In this document: in pieces, positions 34,240 to 42,214 of the stretch
Numbering within the stretch: the stretch's first letter is position 1
How the letters are laid out: each line of letters starts with the position of its first letter
NCBI GenBank assembly: GCA_964460795.1
Contig: CAYWRU010000001.1
Coordinates: 19,116-83,115 of the forward strand
Origin: an uncultured bacterium
GTDB taxonomy: Bacteria; Omnitrophota; Omnitrophia; Omnitrophales; Aquincolibacteriaceae
DNA: 64,000 nt
Direction of reading: 5' to 3'
Program-made: the position numbers and the translations under genes
The notes under the pieces: model-generated
Database searches by the model: none
The model's input: the letters and a program-made list of their open reading frames with translations, nothing else
What the model was told of the DNA's origin: nothing

Positions 34240-34615
34240 TAACCCTCATGGCTGTCATGCGACCCCTCCGGTATCCCCTAACCGGAGTCCGGCTACTGCG
34301 GTGAACCGCAGCAGTTCGCGGTAACGAATCGGTACAGCTACCGCTCCACCTTACACGCCCCGGCGTCACCATGGCGTGCTTTCCTAGCCAAGCCGGTACA
34401 TCCTGTAACCGGCCCAACCTCCTAACCTGCCAGTACCTTTGGCAAAGTCGCATGAGGCCCATTTATCCTAATCGGCTGGGCCAGACCGTCCTATATAGAT
34501 TATCGGCGCTGCGGCTATCAGCTTCAACCAGCCCGAAGGCCTGTGGGTCATTCTAGGGCACTGAATCCGCAGGCTACTATTGCCCTTTATTCGCGGTATT
34601 ACCCGCCGACAATTG
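34240..34615 (-). ncRNA. candidate structured ncRNA or long structured leader (class unknown)
   Basis: 376 nt without a credible ORF in an otherwise gap-free genome. At least 9 local hairpins of 5-7 bp, including a C(UUCG)G tetraloop on the minus strand. Possible long-range GACCC/GGGTC closure. Confidence 0.4.
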
Positions 34616-35305
34616 TTATTCTTCCCGGCTTAGGTCGTCGAACATAACTTCCAGTTCCATGTCACCGATTCTGTCGCGGAGATCCGCTAGCTCTTTTTCA
34701 AGGAAAGCGATGCGTTTATCCTTCTCGTCACCCTCCTCAATAACTCCGTTGATTCGTTTAGCGTACGAATCAAGTTGGCCGAAGATGTATTCTTCGCGCG
34801 AAGGAATAAAGTCCTTGTTAGTATTCCACGGCTGCGGAACAAGGATGGCGTATCCGCCGGCTTCTCGGAAAGGGTCTACCTTGTGATCGTTGTCGTCTAC
34901 CAAGATAGTCTGCGGTGTAGCGCAGAATTCTTTGCGCGGACCAATCAAGTAATCACGGCAGTTGAATCCGCCGAAATGCTTCTGCATCCACTTGAGCTTG
35001 CCTGAAGCCGAAGTAGGGTGCGCGCTGGACGATGTAAGGAAGATTGTCTCACCTAGCGCTCGACACTCTTTCCACAGACGCTTAGCCCACGGCGTAAGCT
35101 CGATATCCAACCAGAAGTCTTCGCCGGCGGCGTCAATGCGTTTCCAGATGCCTGCTCGCTGCTCGCTTGTCAGGTGGTGCTTGCTCCACTGGCCGATGGC
35201 GTCAACAAGATCGGGCCGCTCTGCAGCCATTAGTCGAGCGGCTGCGCCGCAGAAGTCGCCCATCACTCCGTCAATGTCCAAACAGATTCTCAATTTCTTC
35301 TTCAT
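34616..35305 (-). CDS. HAD-family 5'(3')-deoxyribonucleotidase-like (229 aa)
   Basis: Motif I ICLDIDGVMGDF (DxDxV), motif II FLTSSS, motif IV ILVDDNDHKV. C-terminal coiled coil. Confidence 0.65.
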   Translation of the reverse strand: MKKKLRICLDIDGVMGDFCGAAARLMAAERPDLVDAIGQWSKHHLTSEQRAGIWKRIDAAGEDFWLDIELTPWAKRLWKECRALGETIFLTSSSAHPTSASGKLKWMQKHFGGFNCRDYLIGPRKEFCATPQTILVDDNDHKVDPFREAGGYAILVPQPWNTNKDFIPSREEYIFGQLDSYAKRINGVIEEGDEKDKRIAFLEKELADLRDRIGDMELEVMFDDLSREE

Positions 35306-36195
35306 TTCTTCTCCGAACTTTCTAACTCGTTCTCAACTTCGTCTGGTAATTTGTTCCATAAATCCAGCCCTGACCAGTGTTCGATGAAATCTACATCAAT
35401 GCGGTACTGCTGCGCCCAGGCTTCTCGAAGATCGAGAACCTCGTTAGGCAAGCAATAAGACCATATGTAGGGCTTGTCACCGAACTCTGCGAGCATGCAC
35501 TTAGCAAAGTGCGTTGGTACGGCCACATGATTAGGGCCGATTAGTTTGTACGTTACTGTGTCGTTTTCCGGCTTCCCTTGTTCTTCCGGTAAAGCCGGCA
35601 AGTACATCGGAATTGTGACCACCCAGATTTCTTCAACATCCTCTCGCTCCAGCATGTCTTTGCAATAAAGCTCTAGCCGTCGCCAAGGTCCACGATTGAA
35701 GCTGGGATTCTGCGGAGACACATTACGCAGATTGAACGTGGAGTCAATCAACGGCTGTGTTGCACGATGGGCGTCGGCCGAAGCCAAGTGACCGCGGTCA
35801 TAACCTGATCCGATGTAGTCTTTGAGCGATGCGCGCACTTCAACAGGTACAGAGGTATCTTCGTAGAAGTCACTGTTCTGTCGTTCGCCTAGCCCCTGAT
35901 ACGACTGTCGAGTAATGCGCTCCATTACCCACAAGGCATTGCGAGTACGCGGATCGTATGCAGCCAGGAAATCGCCAATACGCTCATATGCTGGTGACGG
36001 TGCGCCCCATTGAGACACTTTTGCCATAGCATCAGCATCAAACGGCACAGCCGGAGGCGCTTTGATAGCCTCCGGCTGTTGTGCTTTGCTGTCAGAGCTT
36101 ATGGTCTTAACGATGGCGCCTACGATCATCCAGAAGCCCACGAAGGCGCACAAGCAGAATACGATGTGTAAGCCGTGCCATTTACTTTGTTTCAT
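35302..36195 (-). CDS. membrane-anchored DNA/RNA non-specific endonuclease (EndoG/NucA family)
   Basis: ATG at 36195, a 14-nt overlap with the upstream gene. TM segment LHIVFCLCAFVGFWMIVGAIV. Catalytic GSGYDRGHLAS and NVSPQNPSFNRGPWRRLE. Confidence 0.8.
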   Translation of the reverse strand: MKQSKWHGLHIVFCLCAFVGFWMIVGAIVKTISSDSKAQQPEAIKAPPAVPFDADAMAKVSQWGAPSPAYERIGDFLAAYDPRTRNALWVMERITRQSYQGLGERQNSDFYEDTSVPVEVRASLKDYIGSGYDRGHLASADAHRATQPLIDSTFNLRNVSPQNPSFNRGPWRRLELYCKDMLEREDVEEIWVVTIPMYLPALPEEQGKPENDTVTYKLIGPNHVAVPTHFAKCMLAEFGDKPYIWSYCLPNEVLDLREAWAQQYRIDVDFIEHWSGLDLWNKLPDEVENELESSEKK

Positions 36196-37075
36196 AGTTT
36201 TTCCAAAACTCCTCAATGGCCTCTTGCCAGGTAGGCAGCTTAGGCCCGCCGGCGTCTTCAATGAACTTTGTGTTGTCTAGGACCACGCAGCCAGGATGCG
36301 CCCATTCGCTTAGCCCGCTGTCATAGTCGTGTACCGGCACGGGAATCGGTGTAAAGGCAATAGGTCCGCGCGCCAGGTGTTCAGCAAACTGGAAAGCCGA
36401 ACACGAATCCTGATTAGTTACGTTGTAGATGCCTGACAGGAATTCGTTATGGTGCGTAACCAGATACTTGATTGCTTTGGCCAAGTGCGGCAGGTACGTG
36501 AACGAGATCCGATGATCATTAGGCACTTCGAGTTTTCGCGCAATCTGACCACGCTCCAACATGACATGCGCAATAGAACGCTTGCTTGGGCGATCATACG
36601 AATTAAACAGCGTCGATGTACGAAGTACCCAGTAGCGGAAGCCGTTCTTCCAATAGTCGGGACACAAGCATTGGCCCATCCGCAGTACAGCGTGTTCACC
36701 GGCAATCTGTGCAAAGCCTTTCCAACTGCGCGATTTAACGGGAGAGCTTTCAGACAGCAGCTTATTTGTATAGAGACCTGAGAAGACCTTATCAGAGCTG
36801 ATGTTGATGAACTTAGCGCCCACTGCCGCACTGGCTTTGAGCAAGTTATCAACACCTGTGCTCAATACGTCCCACTGATAGTTGTTATCAGAGCCGCAAT
36901 GCGGCGCAGCCGTGTTGATTACAAACTCCGGCCGCAAGCTGTAAACGGCTTCCGTAACCTTGTCAGCCTTGGTGATATCCAATTGCTCACGAGTTTTTGG
37001 AAGCGTATCCGGCAATAGCTTGACCAACGCCTGGCCAAGTTGGCTGTTAGCACCGGTGATAAGGATCTTCGTCAT
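36182..37075 (-). CDS. NAD(P)-dependent sugar reductase/epimerase (RmlD-like)
   Basis: N-terminal Rossmann MTKILITGANSQLGQAL. Length and layout resemble dTDP-4-dehydrorhamnose reductase. Confidence 0.65.
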   Translation of the reverse strand: MTKILITGANSQLGQALVKLLPDTLPKTREQLDITKADKVTEAVYSLRPEFVINTAAPHCGSDNNYQWDVLSTGVDNLLKASAAVGAKFINISSDKVFSGLYTNKLLSESSPVKSRSWKGFAQIAGEHAVLRMGQCLCPDYWKNGFRYWVLRTSTLFNSYDRPSKRSIAHVMLERGQIARKLEVPNDHRISFTYLPHLAKAIKYLVTHHNEFLSGIYNVTNQDSCSAFQFAEHLARGPIAFTPIPVPVHDYDSGLSEWAHPGCVVLDNTKFIEDAGGPKLPTWQEAIEEFWKNYETK

Positions 37076-37093
37076 ATGGTTCCTATTTGATGT

Positions 37094-37324
37094 CTAGCCG
37101 GTAGCGTTGCGGTATTCTTTGCACTTGTGGGCGCCGCTATCTCCGAACAACCTCCAGCCGCGTGATGTTAGCACCCACTGCAGCCCTTGAAGTCCGCAGT
37201 ATCGGCATGTGGGGCTTTTAGGCGTCGACAGCTTTGCGCTGTACGATCCGTCTTCGTAATCGGCCTCCCAATCCCAGTAGTCCTGTAACGACTCATCCAG
37301 GTGGTCGTCTGCATGTTGTCCCAT
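37094..37324 (-). CDS. small Cys-containing protein (76 aa)
   Basis: CRYCGL...H.C. Start/stop junction with the next gene. Confidence 0.5.
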   Translation of the reverse strand: MGQHADDHLDESLQDYWDWEADYEDGSYSAKLSTPKSPTCRYCGLQGLQWVLTSRGWRLFGDSGAHKCKEYRNATG

Positions 37325-38151
37325 TAGTAGATCGTAATTTGCGATGGGTTAATGAACTGCCGATCAAAGCCGGCCTGGGCCATCCCTTGGTGCAAACATA
37401 CGTGCTCACAATCGGTCCCGGCATAGCAGGCGGACTTGTATGCATCCATCCTATAAACGCCTAATCCCCCAAAGCACGATTTAACAGGCACCACTGGATC
37501 GCCCAGGCGCGGCAACCACGGGTTGACTTGTCGCGCCGTCAACGGCGTATAGTCCGGATTGCGAAAGGCCCACACATCGTAGTGAACCCAGTTACCTAGT
37601 TTTCCCTTTGCCCACGAAACTGAGCCCATAAAGTCCCAGTCATTGTGGCCGATGGTATTAGCGATTCCGTCTACGCTCCAACAGCCGCTAAGGTCAGTAT
37701 CAGCTACAATCACGTAGTCGTAGTCGCCGTACTTAGCCAAAGCCTCTTTGCGGCAACGGTTGCGGTAATCAGCCAGATCAGCCATACGGCCAAGCTCTCG
37801 TGTAGCCGGCCAATGTTTGCGATTAAGCTGCTCGCTAATGATGTTCACGCGAGGGCTGATACTAGCCCACTCTTTGAGACGAGCAGGTGTGTCGTCTTTG
37901 CTGTCATTTTCAAAGATCACAACAGCATAGTCTTTGAACTTCTGCCCCGTGGCCTCGATCAACTCAATAGTCTGGTCTAAGCGATCGCCAAGGCTACGAG
38001 CCAAGCCGCAGATAACGACTCGGCTGTTTTCCATGCGCTTGTAGCCTTCCTTGACGTAAGCGTGGTAAGCCTCTTTGTTTGGCTCAAACATGCGGCCGGC
38101 AGGCGGCAGTAGATTGAGCATGTCGAAAGATTGTGCACGCGCGTTCAACAT
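37324..38151 (-). CDS. putative GT-A glycosyltransferase (275 aa)
   Basis: VVIFENDSKDDT and VIVADTDL (DxD). A palindromic element overlaps its start codon. Confidence 0.45.
   Translation of the reverse strand: MLNARAQSFDMLNLLPPAGRMFEPNKEAYHAYVKEGYKRMENSRVVICGLARSLGDRLDQTIELIEATGQKFKDYAVVIFENDSKDDTPARLKEWASISPRVNIISEQLNRKHWPATRELGRMADLADYRNRCRKEALAKYGDYDYVIVADTDLSGCWSVDGIANTIGHNDWDFMGSVSWAKGKLGNWVHYDVWAFRNPDYTPLTARQVNPWLPRLGDPVVPVKSCFGGLGVYRMDAYKSACYAGTDCEHVCLHQGMAQAGFDRQFINPSQITIY
38131..38150 (-). repeat. palindromic element copy
   Basis: The plus strand reads ttgtgcacgcgcgttcaaca. Covers codons 1-7 of 37324..38151. Confidence 0.7.
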
Positions 38152-38152
38152 C

Positions 38153-38815
38153 TTATTCTCCGGCCTTGTCGCGGGCTTCTTTTAGCAACGCTTTTACGAG
38201 CATATGCAGGACTTCGTTTCGCTCCTTTAGGTACGTCAACTGTTCCTTCCGTTCCTCCTCGGGCAAACCAACAAGGTACGCGGCAGTCTTTTCGGCCTCG
38301 ATCATAAGCTGTTCAGGAGTGATCGGCCGGCCTAGGTACGGCTTAAGGATGTCTGGGCGCTGCGTGGACTTTTGCGCGCGCAGTGTTGCTGTAAGGTTGC
38401 CTGACTCGTAATCGCGTAAGATTTTAACAATCTGCCACCGGCTGCGCGTGTAATGCCGACCGTAGCGTTGTCCGAGATCCGTTCGATCGTCAAGGTAGTC
38501 AAAGCTTCGCTCATCGTATGCCCGCTTATGTGTTGGATCGATCCAGAAGTTGCGACTGGTGTAGTGCGGCACTTGTACTGTGATTTCACAGCCGTCGCGC
38601 AGTATCAGGTGCGCTTCGTTGAAGAACGAGATGTAATCATCAAGATGCTCAAGCACGTCGATGGCCAGGATTTCGTCAACCGTGTCGATGGACCACGGCC
38701 AGGGCGTCTTATTCAGATCGTGGACTACATCTACACCTTCGTGGTCAGATACGTCCACGTTGCAATACCCTTCGCGGATATCGCCTCCGCAACCCAGGTT
38801 AAGCTTTAGTGACAT
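38153..38815 (-). CDS. SAM-dependent methyltransferase (220 aa)
   Basis: Motif I LNLGCGGDIREGYCNVD and post-I/II region VDEILAIDVLEHL. Confidence 0.7.
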   Translation of the reverse strand: MSLKLNLGCGGDIREGYCNVDVSDHEGVDVVHDLNKTPWPWSIDTVDEILAIDVLEHLDDYISFFNEAHLILRDGCEITVQVPHYTSRNFWIDPTHKRAYDERSFDYLDDRTDLGQRYGRHYTRSRWQIVKILRDYESGNLTATLRAQKSTQRPDILKPYLGRPITPEQLMIEAEKTAAYLVGLPEEERKEQLTYLKERNEVLHMLVKALLKEARDKAGE

Positions 38816-39612
38816 CGCGTATGCACAACTCCGTATTGGTTGGTAAGGACGCTGGACAGTACAAACTTCTCGTCTTCAGACAAGTGCCATACGCCGTACA
38901 TGTCTGGATCGGCGTATCGCTGCATGATGTGCTTGTGATCCCAAGTATTAGCGCCATGGTAGAACCGCATATACAGTTCCGGTCCCGGCGTCTTACCTGG
39001 GGCATTGTCGATGATCGTCGTCTTAGGAAAGTGATCAAGCAGGAAATGCGAGTCCTCGTGACGGGATTCCGATCGATACCGATACGGACTGCACGATTTG
39101 CGCACGTAGAGGTTGTTGGGCAGGTTTTGGAATGGCACAGGTACTTCGGTCACAATGGCATGCCGTGGGAAGCACACTGTTCCTGGAATGCCTGGAATCT
39201 TACCTGTCCACCGAATGGCATAGGCCGAATCGTTAACAAAGCTATATCGAATCTGCCAGTTCAGGAGGGTGGGCTGATCATACTCGTAGTCAGCCATCTG
39301 AACAGTTATGCGATCTGGGCCGTACCAGTCGTCGTCGTCCCACTGAATACACCAGTCGCCGGCAGCGTTGTCGACGGCTACGTTGCGAAGGTCGCCTAGG
39401 TTGCGACCGCCCGGCAAGAAGATTTCTTTGATTTGGGCGTTGGTACGAAATTCGTCGTCGTCAAGAGTCAACGGCTCGGGGCCGTCGTTGACGATGATTA
39501 GTTCTTTGTTTTCGTACGTTTGCGCTAAGAAAGACCGTATAGCGGCCTTAACGAGATGCTGGCGACCGGGCTTACCCGTCACCATTAGTGCGCTGACTAG
39601 AGGTTGATGCAC
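38806..39612 (-). CDS. family-2-like glycosyltransferase (268 aa)
   Basis: VSALMVTGKPGRQHLVKAAIRSFLAQTYENKELIIVNDG and GDWCIQWDDDDW. Paralogous block in 58846..59508. Confidence 0.65.
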   Translation of the reverse strand: MHQPLVSALMVTGKPGRQHLVKAAIRSFLAQTYENKELIIVNDGPEPLTLDDDEFRTNAQIKEIFLPGGRNLGDLRNVAVDNAAGDWCIQWDDDDWYGPDRITVQMADYEYDQPTLLNWQIRYSFVNDSAYAIRWTGKIPGIPGTVCFPRHAIVTEVPVPFQNLPNNLYVRKSCSPYRYRSESRHEDSHFLLDHFPKTTIIDNAPGKTPGPELYMRFYHGANTWDHKHIMQRYADPDMYGVWHLSEDEKFVLSSVLTNQYGVVHTRCH

Positions 39613-39823
39613 AAGCCGCTCCGTCTAAGAAACAGAATTGGCGGCGTCCTTTCCGTTTCCAGTGTCGTTTGATCGACGCTGGCGCGTCCCCTTGCACGTA
39701 ACAAATTGATCCATCAGTTCGTTGATACTCATCAACTGGCTGATTTAAGTCAAAGCCGGCGTCTTGCATCAAAGCAATAAGGCCGGTAGCTAGGTCCGCG
39801 TCGGGCTGAACAATAAGCATCAT
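39572..39823 (-). CDS. hypothetical protein (83 aa)
   Basis: Track ORF, 41-nt overlap with the next gene. Confidence 0.45.
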   Translation of the reverse strand: MMLIVQPDADLATGLIALMQDAGFDLNQPVDEYQRTDGSICYVQGDAPASIKRHWKRKGRRQFCFLDGAACASTSSQRTNGDG

Positions 39824-39877
39824 GCTGGTTTCTCCCTGCGCCTAATTCTGACCTCACTTCGGTCGATCGTCAATGGG

Positions 39878-39921
39878 CTGAGGGCTAAAAAGAAGGAAGA
39901 CGTGGCCGGGTCGCCCCGGCC
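39878..39921 (-). terminator. rho-independent terminator with degenerate box (TTTTTAGCCCTCAG)
   Basis: GGCCGGG-tcgc-CCCGGCC stem. On the minus strand it is followed by TCTTCCTTCTTTTTAGCCCTCAG. Confidence 0.6.
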
Positions 39922-39967
39922 CCGCCCCCTTTTTACCCGGTTTCTAACGTGTTGCGATCAGGATGGA

Positions 39968-40450
39968 TTACGCCGCGTCTGACAACTGCGCCGAATCTTC
40001 ATCCTGATCTTCTTCTTCGTCGCCTTCGACGTAGCGCAGGGAATCCGTGACATCGTCGTCAAGGTCCCAGTCGGGGTCGTCGTGGCTACTCGGAATGCGA
40101 TCTGCGAACTCGTCCCAATCGATGCCGCGCAAATCGTCTTCGTAGGCAACGCCGGAGGACCGAGCGTATCCTTCGATTTCACGATAATCCGCGTTTTCTT
40201 CATCAAGATCATCGCAATCGGTGAAAACGGGTTTACCGTCTTGTCGAAACACGATCGCATCGACGCGATGATCTGTACCGTACAAAATCCGCTCCATCAC
40301 CAGCCCGTAGCTATCGGGATTCGCTAGGCTGTGGATTTGCATCATTTCTTCCGCTGCAGATTCCTGCTCCGAGAGCTTAGGAATATTGACGACCAGCGGC
40401 TTCTTGGTCGCCTTTAGTGGGGCCTTCTTGCTGGAAACGACTCTCTCCAT
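39968..40450 (-). CDS. acidic protein (160 aa)
   Basis: Track ORF, D/E-rich C-terminal half. Confidence 0.55.
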   Translation of the reverse strand: MERVVSSKKAPLKATKKPLVVNIPKLSEQESAAEEMMQIHSLANPDSYGLVMERILYGTDHRVDAIVFRQDGKPVFTDCDDLDEENADYREIEGYARSSGVAYEDDLRGIDWDEFADRIPSSHDDPDWDLDDDVTDSLRYVEGDEEEDQDEDSAQLSDAA

Positions 40451-40598
40451 AGGGTCGAACCTACTTTCTGCTTAGGATTTCTGGGAAAACCCTGCGGGCT
40501 GACCGGTTCCGCCTCATACGGTTCCGGGGCCATGTACCTTGTTTTTCAAAGATACGTTTAACTCAACACGCTAGATGCGATAGACGCCGGGCGGGGTC

Positions 40599-40766
40599 TT
40601 AGCGCAAGATCTCAACTCTGTACTCGACGCGAGCCGTCAAGTCGCCGTTGGTTCGATTGTCGAACCGGTTCGAGTATTCGGCGCCCAAGCTGAGCGCTTC
40701 TCTCGATGATGTGCAGCCGGCGAAAAGCATAACGATTATCGCGATAGCGATGAAAAACCTACGCAT
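40599..40766 (-). CDS. small lipoprotein (55 aa)
   Basis: ATG at 40766: MRRFFIAIAIIVMLFAG-C, with lipobox LFAGC. The track's 137-aa version adds an implausible N-terminus. Confidence 0.55.
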   Translation of the reverse strand: MRRFFIAIAIIVMLFAGCTSSREALSLGAEYSNRFDNRTNGDLTARVEYRVEILR

Positions 40767-40824
40767 AAAAATCCCCTTGTGACTGAACTGCCGGGTTGTA
40801 ACTGCCAAATTTTTCGAACGCAGA

Positions 40825-41016
40825 CTAGGACTCGATTTCAGCCTCCCGTTCCATCTGAGCATCTTTTCGCCTGTAATGCCGACAATCAGCGCGATCGATA
40901 ATCGGTCGCATCGGCCTGCTGAACAGCAGGTCGTCGTCATCCATGTAATCCACACTTGATGCGTACACCATGTGTGTGATCGGTTCAGGCGAATCATCCT
41001 TGCTTCGTGCAATCAT
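40825..41016 (-). CDS. hypothetical protein (63 aa)
   Basis: Track ORF. Confidence 0.4.
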   Translation of the reverse strand: MIARSKDDSPEPITHMVYASSVDYMDDDDLLFSRPMRPIIDRADCRHYRRKDAQMEREAEIES

Positions 41017-41061
41017 CGTGCCGTCCTTTGGGAAACTAACTACAGGCCATCCGTGTACCCG

Positions 41062-41265
41062 CTAGAGCCTTATGACGTTGATGGCGCATGGCCCGCTACG
41101 TCCTTGACCCATCTCGAAGCTAACTCGATCGCCTAGCTTAAGGTCGTCGAATTGCCGCTCGATAACACCGCTGCCGTTGAAAAATACATCGGACCCTTGA
41201 TCATCAGCTTCAATGAAGCCATAGCCTTTTCCTTGGTTAATGTGTACAACGGTTCCGTAATGCAT
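41062..41265 (-). CDS. cold-shock domain protein (CspA family, 67 aa)
   Basis: ATG at 41265. GTVVHINQGKGYGFIEADDQGSDVFFNGS..LKLGDRVSF carries the RNP1-like KGYGFI and RNP2-like VFF motifs. Confidence 0.85.
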   Translation of the reverse strand: MHYGTVVHINQGKGYGFIEADDQGSDVFFNGSGVIERQFDDLKLGDRVSFEMGQGRSGPCAINVIRL

Positions 41266-41275
41266 AGCAGTCCTT

Positions 41276-41476
41276 CTAACGCGACAACAGTCGTGGCGGC
41301 TGCAAGTGATCGATTGGGTACTCCGGATAGTCGTCCGAGAAATACTCCAACCAATCTTCTTCCGTCCACGCCTCGCTGTCGTCAGACACCACATCCTCTT
41401 CTCCGCTGTCAGGCGGGCATTGTCCACGGATGGCATAAGACAATGTCGTACAGTCCTCTGTGATTTGGTGCCCCAC
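41276..41476 (-). CDS. acidic small protein (66 aa)
   Basis: Track ORF, immediately downstream of the E1-like gene. Confidence 0.45.
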   Translation of the reverse strand: MGHQITEDCTTLSYAIRGQCPPDSGEEDVVSDDSEAWTEEDWLEYFSDDYPEYPIDHLQPPRLLSR

Positions 41477-41491
41477 GCGCTTCCCCTTTGC

Positions 41492-42214
41492 TTAGGTTAC
41501 GACTGGTTCAGCGGCTGCAACTGCCGGCTCAGTATTGGCGTCAAAGTCAGCTACAGTCAATTCGCCGGCCAGCAAGTTGAGACTCATATCGCGGTCTACA
41601 TCGTAACCGCGCAAATATCGAGTGAACTGCTGGATCATAAGGCCGGCGGCGATGCCTGACGTATAGATCGTGCTCCGAGCGGTACAAGCGCCTTGCTGCG
41701 CTTGCTCAGGAGCGAACAACGTCTTCGGATAGTACTTGGCGTCAGGATCACTGCTGACGGCCAGAATACGCATGACTTCTCCAAGCATTCGCCCATCGGC
41801 ATAGAAGCGGCTAGCTTTACCGCCGTTCTCCCAGATGGACTGGCGAACCTTGATCGAATCGACGCAGCAGAACATCTGCGGCTTTGAATACTTGCCGCGA
41901 TATACGTCGTCAATTGCCGTGACTTCACATTCGGGATCAATTTCCAGTAATGCCGCTTTCAGAGCTTCGACTTTCTTCATTCCCACATCCGCAAGGCGGT
42001 AGCCTTGGGTAGTTCGGTTGTGGTCTTCGACAGTGTCGAAGTCGATAATCGTCAAACGCCGAACACCCATGGCGACCAACTGAATGGCCACCTGTCGTCC
42101 GATTGCGCCTACGCCGATTACCGCAATGTTAGCCTCTGCCATCTTCGCCGCCGGGACAAAGCCCGACTGGCGAATGAAACGATCAGTAGGCTTAGTCGAC
42201 GAATCCGTCATCAT
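41492..42214 (-). CDS. ThiF/MoeB/E1-like adenylating enzyme (240 aa)
   Basis: RFIRQSGF..ANIAVIGVGAIGRQVAIQLVAMGVRRLTIIDFDTVEDHNRTTQ, i.e. a Rossmann GxGxxG plus the D..N..R of E1-like enzymes. Overlaps the JAB gene by 23 nt. Confidence 0.8.
   Translation of the reverse strand: MMTDSSTKPTDRFIRQSGFVPAAKMAEANIAVIGVGAIGRQVAIQLVAMGVRRLTIIDFDTVEDHNRTTQGYRLADVGMKKVEALKAALLEIDPECEVTAIDDVYRGKYSKPQMFCCVDSIKVRQSIWENGGKASRFYADGRMLGEVMRILAVSSDPDAKYYPKTLFAPEQAQQGACTARSTIYTSGIAAGLMIQQFTRYLRGYDVDRDMSLNLLAGELTVADFDANTEPAVAAAEPVVT

Noticed and set aside
34290-34440. Plus-strand resemblance to a cobalamin riboswitch core (GGTGAACCGCAGC..GCGGTAAC) and B12-box-like ACCTGCC.
   Set aside because: The match is partial. 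There is no plus-strand gene downstream to regulate. The helix with a G-U pair and the UUCG loop favour the minus strand.
34211-34462. 83-aa minus-strand ORF inside the ORF-free region.
   Set aside because: It is extremely Arg-rich and overlaps the start of 33892..34236. It has no SD and looks like a chance ORF across GC-rich hairpins.
34240-34615. Possible tRNA, tmRNA, RNase P RNA or group I intron.
   Set aside because: By eye I found no T-loop or acceptor arrangement, no tag ORF, and no GGAAAGUCCGG/ACAGAA-type RNase P boxes. The flanking genes are complete, so no split host gene is present. The region is left as an unclassified candidate RNA.
40767-41436. Long track versions of 40599..41012 and 41062..41436.
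   Set aside because: The recognisable proteins, a lipoprotein with a lipobox and a CspA-family protein, start at the internal ATGs 40766 and 41265. The upstream parts are Cys/Arg/Thr-rich with no features.
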